From assembly GCA_964401675.1 (NCBI GenBank), contig CAYNZD010000002.1, forward strand, positions 1 through 38,506: a stretch of DNA of 38,506 bases, written 5' to 3'. The notes under the pieces were generated by a model. It was not told where the DNA came from. It was given only the letters and a program-made list of their open reading frames with translations, and made no database searches. A program made the position numbers and the translations under genes. The stretch is from Candidatus Woesearchaeota archaeon. Lineage in GTDB: Archaea; Nanobdellota; Nanobdellia; Pacearchaeales; GW2011-AR1. This document shows positions 6,196-14,384 of the stretch, one piece after another (the stretch's first letter is position 1; each line of letters starts with the position of its first letter).

Positions 6196-9166
6196 GTTTT
6201 TTCTTACGTTTCTTACGTTTCGAAGTTTTTAATTTCTTTCTATTCAATTTTATAACAACAAAAACAACGGACGCTAAAATAATAATCAAAACAACAACCA
6301 CCCAAAAATAATCTTTAATCACTAAGACTTCAGTTTCGACAAATTCTTCTTTAACAACTTCAACAACTTTTGCCTCAATTGGCTCACTAATTAATTGAAT
6401 TGTCAATTTCGCAGAATCCTCAGCAATTTCCTCTAATTTAACAAACAAGTCATAATAATCTGCCGAAGTCAAATTCAATTTAGCCGATTGCCCAACACCT
6501 AATTTCAAGTTTATGGGTTCACTTTCAATAGTTAAATTAACGTAATCGCCGCCAACTTCATTGATAGTCAGCAAATGTTGCCCGCCTTCAAAATCAAAAA
6601 TACTAAAACTTATTTTCTCATCTTTTTTCAAACTTTGAGTATGACCTTTAGCTGCTTCAATAACCGCCACTTCATAAATTTTAGGAGCAGAGGAAACACT
6701 TACGGAACTACCTCCGCCTCCACCTCCCCCGCTCGAAGTTGGAACAACCGGAGGAGAATTTATTATAAATGAAATTGTAGAAGAATTTCCAGTATTTCCG
6801 GTGCCATCACTACAATTAACATAAGCATTATGAGCTATAGCACTCAACCCAGAAACAGAAATAAGATTCGCTCCGGAATTATTAATAATATTTGTATTCA
6901 AGGTTCCAACATTATCAATATAAACGCTACAATTAGAAACAGGATTTAAATCAGAAACATTAAAACTAAATACAATAGTCGTAGATGTTCCAGTTGCAAC
7001 CTCAGATAAATTAATTATAGGGTTGGTCACATCAAAAGTTATACTAAAATTATTTTCAGCCGAAGAATTATATGAATCATTATTAACAGTCAAGCAATTC
7101 CAGGAATAATCTTCCTCCTCGGTAAATGTAAAATTAAATGTGGTAGCATTAGTTATCCCACTAATATTTTTTGTTTCATTTTTAACTAATGCACTAGAAT
7201 TCCAAAGATAAAAAGTTACATTAGAGAGTTCATAAATTTCTTCAGAACTTAAATTACAACTAAAATTAGTTTCATTAACATTAGTATAGATATTATCCGA
7301 GGGGCTGATAAGGTTGACAAAAATTCCACCAATAGTTAAAGTATAATTCGATGTTGCAAAATCAGAATTTCCTACATTATCATAACTAAAACAATTCCAA
7401 TAATAAGTATTATAGGATAAATTTAAAATATTGATTTCCGTTTGATTTTCTGTTCCGGAAATATTAAAATTCGTTTGATTAATTATATCTTTGGAAGAAT
7501 TCCATAAATAAAAAGTTATATTCTTTAATCCGAAAGTATCTACAACATTACAAATAAAAGTTTGATTTTTTATTGGAGTAATTTTATTATTAGATGGAGA
7601 AATAAGAGAGACATTTGGAGCAGTAGTATCTACGGTGAAGGTTCTTGTTTCAGAGGTATTTACTATACCGAAATTATTTTCCCAAAAAATTATATTCCAA
7701 TAATAAATTCCCTCCAATAAATTAAGAATAAATGAATTAGATGTCCCATTAATTACAGAATTGTTTGTTCGATTGAGATGACTATTAATAGTTAAATCGT
7801 AACTTGAACTTGTAGAATTTTTATTATTAATTGTAAAATTAAATGTTGTTTGATTAATCTTCGTAAAATAATTTTGCAAAGGAGAATTAAGGTTTATACT
7901 TGGTTTAAAATTTGGAGGATTTACAGTATCTACATATTGAACGTTATCACCTATATTACAATTCATATCATAACGAACCTTAAAATAACCATTTACCCCA
8001 AGACCAGTAGTTCCCCAACTATTCTTTATAATCCAATAGCTAGTGGAGTCGTTTCCAGTATTATTATATCCCATTAAGACAACTGCATGATTACTCGTGT
8101 TAATAGGACTACAATCCAAGAATCCTTCTTCGTCTATATTATCTGTCATATATAGAGATACAGAAAGTGCCCCATAATCAATAATCCCTTGTTGAAGCTC
8201 ATCATTTGTAAAATCAGAATACACCCCAGGGTAATTTCCGCCTGAAATATTCCACAATCTTTCATTAGAATCAGAACATTTACCCGAGCATAAAGAATCT
8301 TCTGCCGTATAAGGAAAGCAGTTTTCATCAGAGATTCCATTAGTTTTAATAAAATCTAATGCAAGACCAAAATAACCACCACTACAACCACCTTGGTAAG
8401 AATTATTATTGGAAATGTCATAATACGAATTATCACACGAAACCAAATTCTGCTCAGATAAATCAGGATTCAATCGTGAATTATTTTGATTAATATTATA
8501 TTTTGCTTCCACTGCACCAACAGTAGAAAAAGCCCAACAACTTCCACAGCTTCCTTGATTCTTCACAGAAGTCATCCATCCACGAGATACATTATCAAAA
8601 AAAGTGAAATTCGCCTTGCTGTATTTTGTCCCATTCGGAGGATCTCTCCAATCCCAATAAGAAAAATTAGAAGTAGAATATTCCGAACCTACCTCTAAAC
8701 TACTACTAACACTTTCTATATCTTGAGAAACGCTCAAAACTTCAGGCCTTGCGGAATATACATCCGAAATTTTTGTTATAGAACTCTCACTTAATTTTTC
8801 ATCCAATCCCATCATTTTTGTCATAGGAATTTCTTTGTTATTTAACAAATTTGTCCTATCCCTTGATGCCAAATTTTTTTTAGGAACACAAATCGCTTGC
8901 CCATTTCCTGTTTTAGTATCATATCCTTGTTGCGCACAATAAGAGTACGCTTTTCCTACCTTTCCCCTTAAAAAATTCCATTCATCTAGTTTAGCACCAT
9001 CAGGAGTAATACATAAACCCTGTTCTCCTGCAGATATTTTTTTAATTTCATAATTATATCCAAGTTCTTTACAGTAAACCGCTGCAGGATTCTTTAATGC
9101 CGAACATATACCGCCAAGTAAAATTATTCCAAAAAATAAAATTATCAAATACTTAATTAACTTCAT
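6173..9166 (-). CDS. Membrane-anchored secreted papain-like (C1) cysteine protease with N-terminal DUF333 module(s), four beta-sandwich-like repeats and a C-terminal TM anchor
   Basis: Signal peptide MKLIKYLIILFFGIILLGGICSA. DUF333-like NPAAVYCKELGY...CITPDGAKLDEWNFLRG plus a half copy YSYCAQQGY...AICVP. C1 motifs NQGSCGSCWAF (Cys210, nt 8537-8539), NHAVVLMGY (His360), IKNSWG (Asn382). Repeats at residues ~415-803, a G7 linker, a TM segment at residues ~955-973 and a K-rich tail. Confidence 0.85.
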   Translation of the reverse strand: MKLIKYLIILFFGIILLGGICSALKNPAAVYCKELGYNYEIKKISAGEQGLCITPDGAKLDEWNFLRGKVGKAYSYCAQQGYDTKTGNGQAICVPKKNLASRDRTNLLNNKEIPMTKMMGLDEKLSESSITKISDVYSARPEVLSVSQDIESVSSSLEVGSEYSTSNFSYWDWRDPPNGTKYSKANFTFFDNVSRGWMTSVKNQGSCGSCWAFSTVGAVEAKYNINQNNSRLNPDLSEQNLVSCDNSYYDISNNNSYQGGCSGGYFGLALDFIKTNGISDENCFPYTAEDSLCSGKCSDSNERLWNISGGNYPGVYSDFTNDELQQGIIDYGALSVSLYMTDNIDEEGFLDCSPINTSNHAVVLMGYNNTGNDSTSYWIIKNSWGTTGLGVNGYFKVRYDMNCNIGDNVQYVDTVNPPNFKPSINLNSPLQNYFTKINQTTFNFTINNKNSTSSSYDLTINSHLNRTNNSVINGTSNSFILNLLEGIYYWNIIFWENNFGIVNTSETRTFTVDTTAPNVSLISPSNNKITPIKNQTFICNVVDTFGLKNITFYLWNSSKDIINQTNFNISGTENQTEINILNLSYNTYYWNCFSYDNVGNSDFATSNYTLTIGGIFVNLISPSDNIYTNVNETNFSCNLSSEEIYELSNVTFYLWNSSALVKNETKNISGITNATTFNFTFTEEEDYSWNCLTVNNDSYNSSAENNFSITFDVTNPIINLSEVATGTSTTIVFSFNVSDLNPVSNCSVYIDNVGTLNTNIINNSGANLISVSGLSAIAHNAYVNCSDGTGNTGNSSTISFIINSPPVVPTSSGGGGGGGSSVSVSSAPKIYEVAVIEAAKGHTQSLKKDEKISFSIFDFEGGQHLLTINEVGGDYVNLTIESEPINLKLGVGQSAKLNLTSADYYDLFVKLEEIAEDSAKLTIQLISEPIEAKVVEVVKEEFVETEVLVIKDYFWVVVVLIIILASVVFVVIKLNRKKLKTSKRKKRKKKHGKNKKT

Positions 9167-9605
9167 TTAAATTACATTCTCCTCTGTAAAATGCCCATTC
9201 TTCACATTCTGAATTATTTGAAAAAATACAAACTCCATATTGGTTTCCTTGTGCATCATTTCTAATTTCTAATTTATAACCTTGTTTTACACAATAAGTA
9301 GAAGCGGGATTTGCAAATCCAACTTTTTGTTTTTCATCCCAAGCAACCTCACAAGTTCCATCGACAGTCTTACAACTTCCTTGTCCACAATCCAAAGTTC
9401 CTGGCTCACAATTTTCCGTACAAAAAACCCCACTACAATTTGGTGCCTCGCTTGCCGAAACACATTCAGTTGCATGACAACAGCTGGCGGGAACACACTC
9501 AATTTCCTCTTCTCCATTCCATTCCCCGACAAACCAAAAAAATCCTACAACTAACAAAACTCCCATAACAATAATTGTCCCAATCAGTCCCCTTTTATTC
9601 ATCAC
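9153..9605 (-). CDS. Secreted/anchored Cys-rich protein with C-terminal DUF333 (putative hemolysin family) domain
   Basis: N-terminal hydrophobic anchor. Cys-rich module ECVPASCCHATECV...CSGVFCTENCEPGTLDCGQGSCKTVDGTCEV. C-terminal NPASTYCVKQGYKLEI...GVCIFSNNSECEEWAFYRGEC matches the DUF333 pattern. Overlaps the protease gene start by 14 nt. Confidence 0.7.
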   Translation of the reverse strand: MMNKRGLIGTIIVMGVLLVVGFFWFVGEWNGEEEIECVPASCCHATECVSASEAPNCSGVFCTENCEPGTLDCGQGSCKTVDGTCEVAWDEKQKVGFANPASTYCVKQGYKLEIRNDAQGNQYGVCIFSNNSECEEWAFYRGECNLNEVN

Positions 9606-9677
9606 TAACTAAACTTATTTGATATTAAAAACATTACTAAACTTTAAAAACTTCGACGTCTACAATTTTTTAATAAG

Positions 9678-11009
9678 ATGGTGAAAATACATACAGTTGG
9701 CGGGTTCTCAGAAGTTGGAAAAAATATGGTTGTAGTTGAATTAGAGGAAGACGCATTTATTTTTGATGAAGGATTTTTTTTACCAGCAATTGTATCTATG
9801 CAAGAAAGAGATAAAATTATGACCGAACGAAGATTAAAATCTATCAAGGCGGTCCCAGAAGATTCGGTAATTAGTAAAATCAAACACAAAGTTAGAGCTC
9901 AATTTATCAGTCACGCACACCTTGACCACGTCGGCGCAATTCCATTTTTATCCGATAAATATAACGCCCCGATTTATGGAACACCATTTACAATACAAGT
10001 TTTAGATTCTCTATTAAAAGATAACGATATTGTACTTAAAAACAAAACTTTCGAAATAAAGCCAAATACAACATTTTATGTCCAAGGCAAAAATCAAAAA
10101 TATAAAATTGACTTCATAAACACAACTCATTCAACAGCACAATGTCTAATGATTGCAATTCAAACACCGAAAGGAGCAATTATTTATGCAAACGATTTCA
10201 AATTAGACGACACCCCAGTTTTAGGATTAAAACCAAACTATAAAAGACTAAGAGAGATAGCAAAAGAGGGAGTTCTTGCATTTGTAGTAGATTCGCTTTA
10301 TTCAGGCTCAGAAAGAAAAACTCCTTCAGAGAAAGTAGCGAGAGTATTACTCGAAGAAGTTTTATTAACAATTCAAAACAGAAATGCGGGGATGATTGTA
10401 ACAACCTTTTCTTCTCATATTGCCAGATTAAAATCAATAGTTGAATTTGGGAAAAAATTAAATCGGGAAGTGGTTTTTTTAGGAAGAAGTTTGGATAAAT
10501 ATTCAACTGCTGCGAAAAATGCAGGCATCGCTCCATTTCTAAACGACATAAGAATTTCCAAATATCGCAGACAAGTTGAAAAAACTTTAAATAAAGTGGA
10601 AAGAAGAAGAAAAGATTATATGATTGTTTGTACCGGTCATCAAGGAGAACCTGGCTCGATTTTGGAAAGATTATCACGACACCAACTTCCATTCAGGCTA
10701 AACAAGGATGACAATATTGTTTTTTCATCCAGTGTTATTCCAACAGAAATAAATATAGAACAATTTGCCAAAATGGAAGCTCGCCTAAAAAAGAATAAGC
10801 CAAGAATTTTCAGAGATGCCCATGTTTCCGGGCATGCAGGCAGAGAAGATCTTAGAGATATTATGCAAATAGTAAATCCTCAACATGTTATTCCGTCTCA
10901 TGGCGGACTCGACAAAACACAACCAATGGCAGATTTAGTAAAAGAGCTAGGATATAAGCTCGGAAAACAATGCCACCTAATGCAAGATGGGAGAGTTCTA
11001 AAATTGTAA
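9678..11009 (+). CDS. rnj: Archaeal RNase J (beta-CASP metallo-beta-lactamase ribonuclease)
   Basis: GGFSEVGKNMVVVE start, HAHLDHVGAIP (HxHxDH) motif, later HVSGHAGREDL and PSHG beta-CASP motifs. 443 aa. Confidence 0.85.
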   Translation: MVKIHTVGGFSEVGKNMVVVELEEDAFIFDEGFFLPAIVSMQERDKIMTERRLKSIKAVPEDSVISKIKHKVRAQFISHAHLDHVGAIPFLSDKYNAPIYGTPFTIQVLDSLLKDNDIVLKNKTFEIKPNTTFYVQGKNQKYKIDFINTTHSTAQCLMIAIQTPKGAIIYANDFKLDDTPVLGLKPNYKRLREIAKEGVLAFVVDSLYSGSERKTPSEKVARVLLEEVLLTIQNRNAGMIVTTFSSHIARLKSIVEFGKKLNREVVFLGRSLDKYSTAAKNAGIAPFLNDIRISKYRRQVEKTLNKVERRRKDYMIVCTGHQGEPGSILERLSRHQLPFRLNKDDNIVFSSSVIPTEINIEQFAKMEARLKKNKPRIFRDAHVSGHAGREDLRDIMQIVNPQHVIPSHGGLDKTQPMADLVKELGYKLGKQCHLMQDGRVLKL

Positions 11010-11365
11010 TACCATCAGTTCCAAATCAAGAAGAAAAATTAATTGGTGGGCTAAAAAACGCACTCGACAGAGGAGAAACATTAGCAAAAGCAAAACAAAG
11101 TTTAATTAATGCGGGATATAAACCGGCAGAAATAACAGCAGCAGCCCAAAAAATACCAACAGCGACACCAGTAATTGGAAAGCAGGTTGCTGCGCCTTCC
11201 GAAGCTCCAAGTGAAACACAAGTAACGAATCCTTTACCAACAAACTCAGAGGCTATCCAGTCAAAAAAACTTTCAAAAAAACTTGTTATAATTTTAATTT
11301 CTATTTCAGCAATAATCCTAATAGGGGCAGTAGTTCTCGGACTTTTCTGGGACACAGTGTTTTAA
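10970..11365 (+). CDS. Hypothetical tail-anchored small protein
   Basis: 131-aa ORF with a single C-terminal TM segment (LVIILISISAIILIGAVVLGLFW). Its ATG overlaps the RNase J 3' end by 40 nt, and its stop is coupled (TAATG) to the next gene. No recognised family. Confidence 0.45.
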   Translation: MPPNARWESSKIVIPSVPNQEEKLIGGLKNALDRGETLAKAKQSLINAGYKPAEITAAAQKIPTATPVIGKQVAAPSEAPSETQVTNPLPTNSEAIQSKKLSKKLVIILISISAIILIGAVVLGLFWDTVF

Positions 11366-11886
11366 TGGAAATTTATCAGCCAGCCGAAGACTCATATTTT
11401 TTTGTAGATTTTTTAGAAAAATATCTAAAAAAAAATAAAGTTAATTCTTATTTAGATATGGGTACAGGTTCAGGAATTTTATCCAAAACGGCCTCAAAAT
11501 TTCTCAACAAAAAAAATATTTTAGCAACAGATATAAATCCATCTGTAATAAAATTACTAAAACAAAAAAATTTCAATACAGTTCAATCAAATCTTTTTGA
11601 AAAAATTAAGAACAAATATGATTTGATAACTTTCAATGCTCCTTATCTTCCATTTGACCCACGCGAACCAAAATCCTCGCAACTTGCAACAACTGGAGGA
11701 AAATGTGGCGATGAAATATCAATTAAATTTCTAAAACAAGCAAAAAAACATTTAAACAAAAATGGAAAAATATTTTTATTAATTTCCAGCTTAACTCCAA
11801 TGGATAAAATAAAAAAATTCAATCCAAAAATCGTCGCAAGAAAAAAAATATTTATGGAAAAGCTTCTCATACTAGAATTCAATTAA
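11365..11886 (+). CDS. HemK-related/Mtq2-type N5-glutamine methyltransferase
   Basis: YQPAEDSYFFVDFL, SAM motif DMGTGSGIL, ATDINP, and NAPYLP (a variant of the NPPY catalytic motif). 173 aa. Confidence 0.8.
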   Translation: MEIYQPAEDSYFFVDFLEKYLKKNKVNSYLDMGTGSGILSKTASKFLNKKNILATDINPSVIKLLKQKNFNTVQSNLFEKIKNKYDLITFNAPYLPFDPREPKSSQLATTGGKCGDEISIKFLKQAKKHLNKNGKIFLLISSLTPMDKIKKFNPKIVARKKIFMEKLLILEFN

Positions 11887-12446
11887 TGCTTAGCAATTTC
11901 TTTCTTGGCGATAATATAAGTTAATGCAACAACCATAATAATTGTTAACGAAACAGTAATACAATTTCTAACAATTTCATCGATGGCAATAAGCGCCAAA
12001 TTAATAGCATAAACTCCAAAAACATAAAGAATAAAATAATACAAATATTGTGAAAGTGCTTTCCAATCAGTAATCTCACTATCCTCGATAATGCCCCTCA
12101 AATAAATTGCAATTGCAAATCCAATTCCAATTAAAATCAATGCACCGACAAACGCAGGAATAATCAAAAGTATTTTACTAAAAAAGTTCCCAAGAAATGG
12201 AAACGGCAACTGCTTCAAAGCAAGATTAATAAATATAATATAAACAACCCACTTAATCACGGTAATAATTAGCCTTACAAAACTAGGACTAACCTGCTCT
12301 TTAACATCCGTAGCCTTATTGATCCTTTTCAAAATATACGCAACAAACTTGCCCAAGAAAATCCCTGCAAGCAACAATGCAAGTGCTAAAAAAATATCTA
12401 ACAAAAGATTACCCGCCAGTCCATCAAAAATGTTATTCAAATCCAT
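11883..12446 (-). CDS. Hypothetical multi-pass membrane protein
   Basis: 187 aa with 4-5 hydrophobic helices. The start lies 1 nt after the upstream GT2 stop. No family recognised. Confidence 0.55.
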   Translation of the reverse strand: MDLNNIFDGLAGNLLLDIFLALALLLAGIFLGKFVAYILKRINKATDVKEQVSPSFVRLIITVIKWVVYIIFINLALKQLPFPFLGNFFSKILLIIPAFVGALILIGIGFAIAIYLRGIIEDSEITDWKALSQYLYYFILYVFGVYAINLALIAIDEIVRNCITVSLTIIMVVALTYIIAKKEIAKH

Positions 12447-12447
12447 T

Positions 12448-13854
12448 TTATTTTGTTTCAGAGATTGAATTTATTATATCGTCAGAAATTTCTCCTTCCT
12501 CATGGATACTCTTAATGGCCTCATTAATGGACTTAATTTCTTCCATCTCCTTATTTTCAATGAATTTAAGCCCATCATTAATCGCTTCCTCCCATATCTT
12601 TTTTCTTTCGCTCTCTCCAGGGCTATCATAATATCCCATATTAAGGATTTGGCCATCGCCACCAAGCACAAATTGATCATATACCTTTTTCATCCACTTA
12701 GATGCAGCTTTTGCATCTCGTTTATATATCATCCAAAAAAGAGAAGTTATAGAACTGTATGCAACTTTATGAACATCAGTTCTGCACCCAGTATTTTCTC
12801 CAGGAACATTACAAATTTTCATAGCCTTTTTCAAAGAAATTAAACCACCTCTTTTTCTAAACCAATCATTCCCATAAAATTTCTTATCATTCTTCAGCCC
12901 ATAAGATCCATGAACACAGCTAAATTTCGGATCCGGAGAAAGGTATATGCTGTATCCATACTCAAAGACTCTCGAGCCAAATTCAGTATCCATATATCTC
13001 TGGGAAGGCGTTTTAGGGAAACCACCAACCGCAAGAAAAATCTCTTTTGTTGTAATAAAATATCCCCCAGAATTCTTTATCTGAAAAGGCATCAATATTT
13101 GAAAGTCTCCAGGAATAAATTTTTCTCTATATTCTTCTGCTAAATACTCTTCTGGGAAATTCCCCTTTTTACTCGTGAATATTCCTTTTGAGAAATCTAG
13201 TTGTCCGATCTCGGACATTCTACTTATATGCTCCGGAAAAGTAGATCGACTGTATGGTGGAAGATTAACAATACCTACTTTCGCTCCACGATTTTTCAAC
13301 CATTCAAAAGTATAAACTCCCCCGAAAGAAGCATAAGGAGCAACGATAGAATCATCATCGAAGAAGATAGCGTATTTGGAAGAGGCATTTCCAACGCCTA
13401 TATTGATAGACTCCGAATAGCCAAGATTCTTTTTATTCTTGATATATTTTAACGTTATGCCAGCTTTCTCAGCTTTGCTTTTATACGATTCAAAGATTTG
13501 AGAGGTGTAATCAGTACTACAATCATCAACTACAACAATTTCATTAACACTAGGCTTTTGCAATATCGCAGAATCAAGACACCAAGATAATGGATTATTT
13601 TCTTCTTTCATCGTGTCAGGCTTAAATGGACAACGATTATATGTAGGAATAATTATTGAAACATCAAGTTTTTCATAAGGTAATTTAAAATTGTCAAGAT
13701 AAGAAACAATATAATATGGTTTTTTCATTTCCTCGTCAAAGTCTTTCTGAATATCACGACCGCCTGGCTCATCATCATCAGAACTTCCTTTTTTCTTGGA
13801 CTTAACCATTATCCCAACAGCCCAAAACTGCTTAAAAAGCTTCCGAATTACCAT
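12448..13854 (-). CDS. Family 2 glycosyltransferase (soluble, with C-terminal extension)
   Basis: VSIIIPTYNR, VVVDDCSTDYT, FFDDDS (DxD) motifs. The start is uncertain; an internal Met at residue 16 is an alternative. Confidence 0.75.
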   Translation of the reverse strand: MVIRKLFKQFWAVGIMVKSKKKGSSDDDEPGGRDIQKDFDEEMKKPYYIVSYLDNFKLPYEKLDVSIIIPTYNRCPFKPDTMKEENNPLSWCLDSAILQKPSVNEIVVVDDCSTDYTSQIFESYKSKAEKAGITLKYIKNKKNLGYSESINIGVGNASSKYAIFFDDDSIVAPYASFGGVYTFEWLKNRGAKVGIVNLPPYSRSTFPEHISRMSEIGQLDFSKGIFTSKKGNFPEEYLAEEYREKFIPGDFQILMPFQIKNSGGYFITTKEIFLAVGGFPKTPSQRYMDTEFGSRVFEYGYSIYLSPDPKFSCVHGSYGLKNDKKFYGNDWFRKRGGLISLKKAMKICNVPGENTGCRTDVHKVAYSSITSLFWMIYKRDAKAASKWMKKVYDQFVLGGDGQILNMGYYDSPGESERKKIWEEAINDGLKFIENKEMEEIKSINEAIKSIHEEGEISDDIINSISETK

Positions 13855-13893
13855 TTTAATTAAACTTAAATATAGGATTTTTCATCAATTTAC

Positions 13894-14343
13894 ATGGGCT
13901 GTATATTTTGTGAATTTATTAATGGAAAGAAAAATCACGTCTTAGATAACGATTTCGTTAAAAATAAGTCGCCCTATCCACTAATCCCAGTTTTTGAAGA
14001 CAAAAATATTTTTAGTTTTCTCAGTATTCCCGATAACACAAGAGAAACACATCTATTAATCATTCCAAAAGAACACCATGAATTCATAGAAGATATGCCA
14101 GAAGAAGCTCTCAATAAAATATTCCCAACTATAGCAAGAATAACAGGACTTGTAAGAAAAAATTACGGAGATTGTCAAATTCTACTTAATAACGGAAAAA
14201 ATGCAGACCAATATATCAAGCACATTCATTTTCACATTATTCCAAAAAATTCAAGAAAGCTCGTTCTTTGGAATAATCTTTCCCATAAAAAATTTGAAGA
14301 GCTATCGAGCGAATTAATTGATATTTTCAAACACACTCAATAA
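13894..14343 (+). CDS. HIT-family nucleotide hydrolase/transferase
   Basis: N-terminal CIFCEFINGK and the histidine triad HIHFHIIP. 149 aa. Confidence 0.85.
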   Translation: MGCIFCEFINGKKNHVLDNDFVKNKSPYPLIPVFEDKNIFSFLSIPDNTRETHLLIIPKEHHEFIEDMPEEALNKIFPTIARITGLVRKNYGDCQILLNNGKNADQYIKHIHFHIIPKNSRKLVLWNNLSHKKFEELSSELIDIFKHTQ

Positions 14344-14355
14344 ACCACAACTATC

Positions 14356-14364
14356 TTTAAATAT
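14356..14364 (+). promoter_or_regulatory. TATA-like box for mre11-rad50
   Basis: TTTAAATAT centred ~25 nt upstream of the mre11 ATG (14385). Confidence 0.45.
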
Positions 14365-14384
14365 CTCTCACAACTTTTTAAATT

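Noticed and set aside
6711-6735. GC-rich CCTCCGCCTCCACCTCCCCC run, considered as a simple-sequence repeat or slippage tract.
   Set aside because: It encodes the in-frame G7 linker (SSGGGGGGGSS) of the protease using mixed glycine codons. It is not a homopolymer likely to phase-vary.
11883-11886. Convergent genes share a palindromic TTAA, so their two TAA stop codons overlap.
   Set aside because: This is real but a trivial consequence of genome compaction. No functional implication can be supported.
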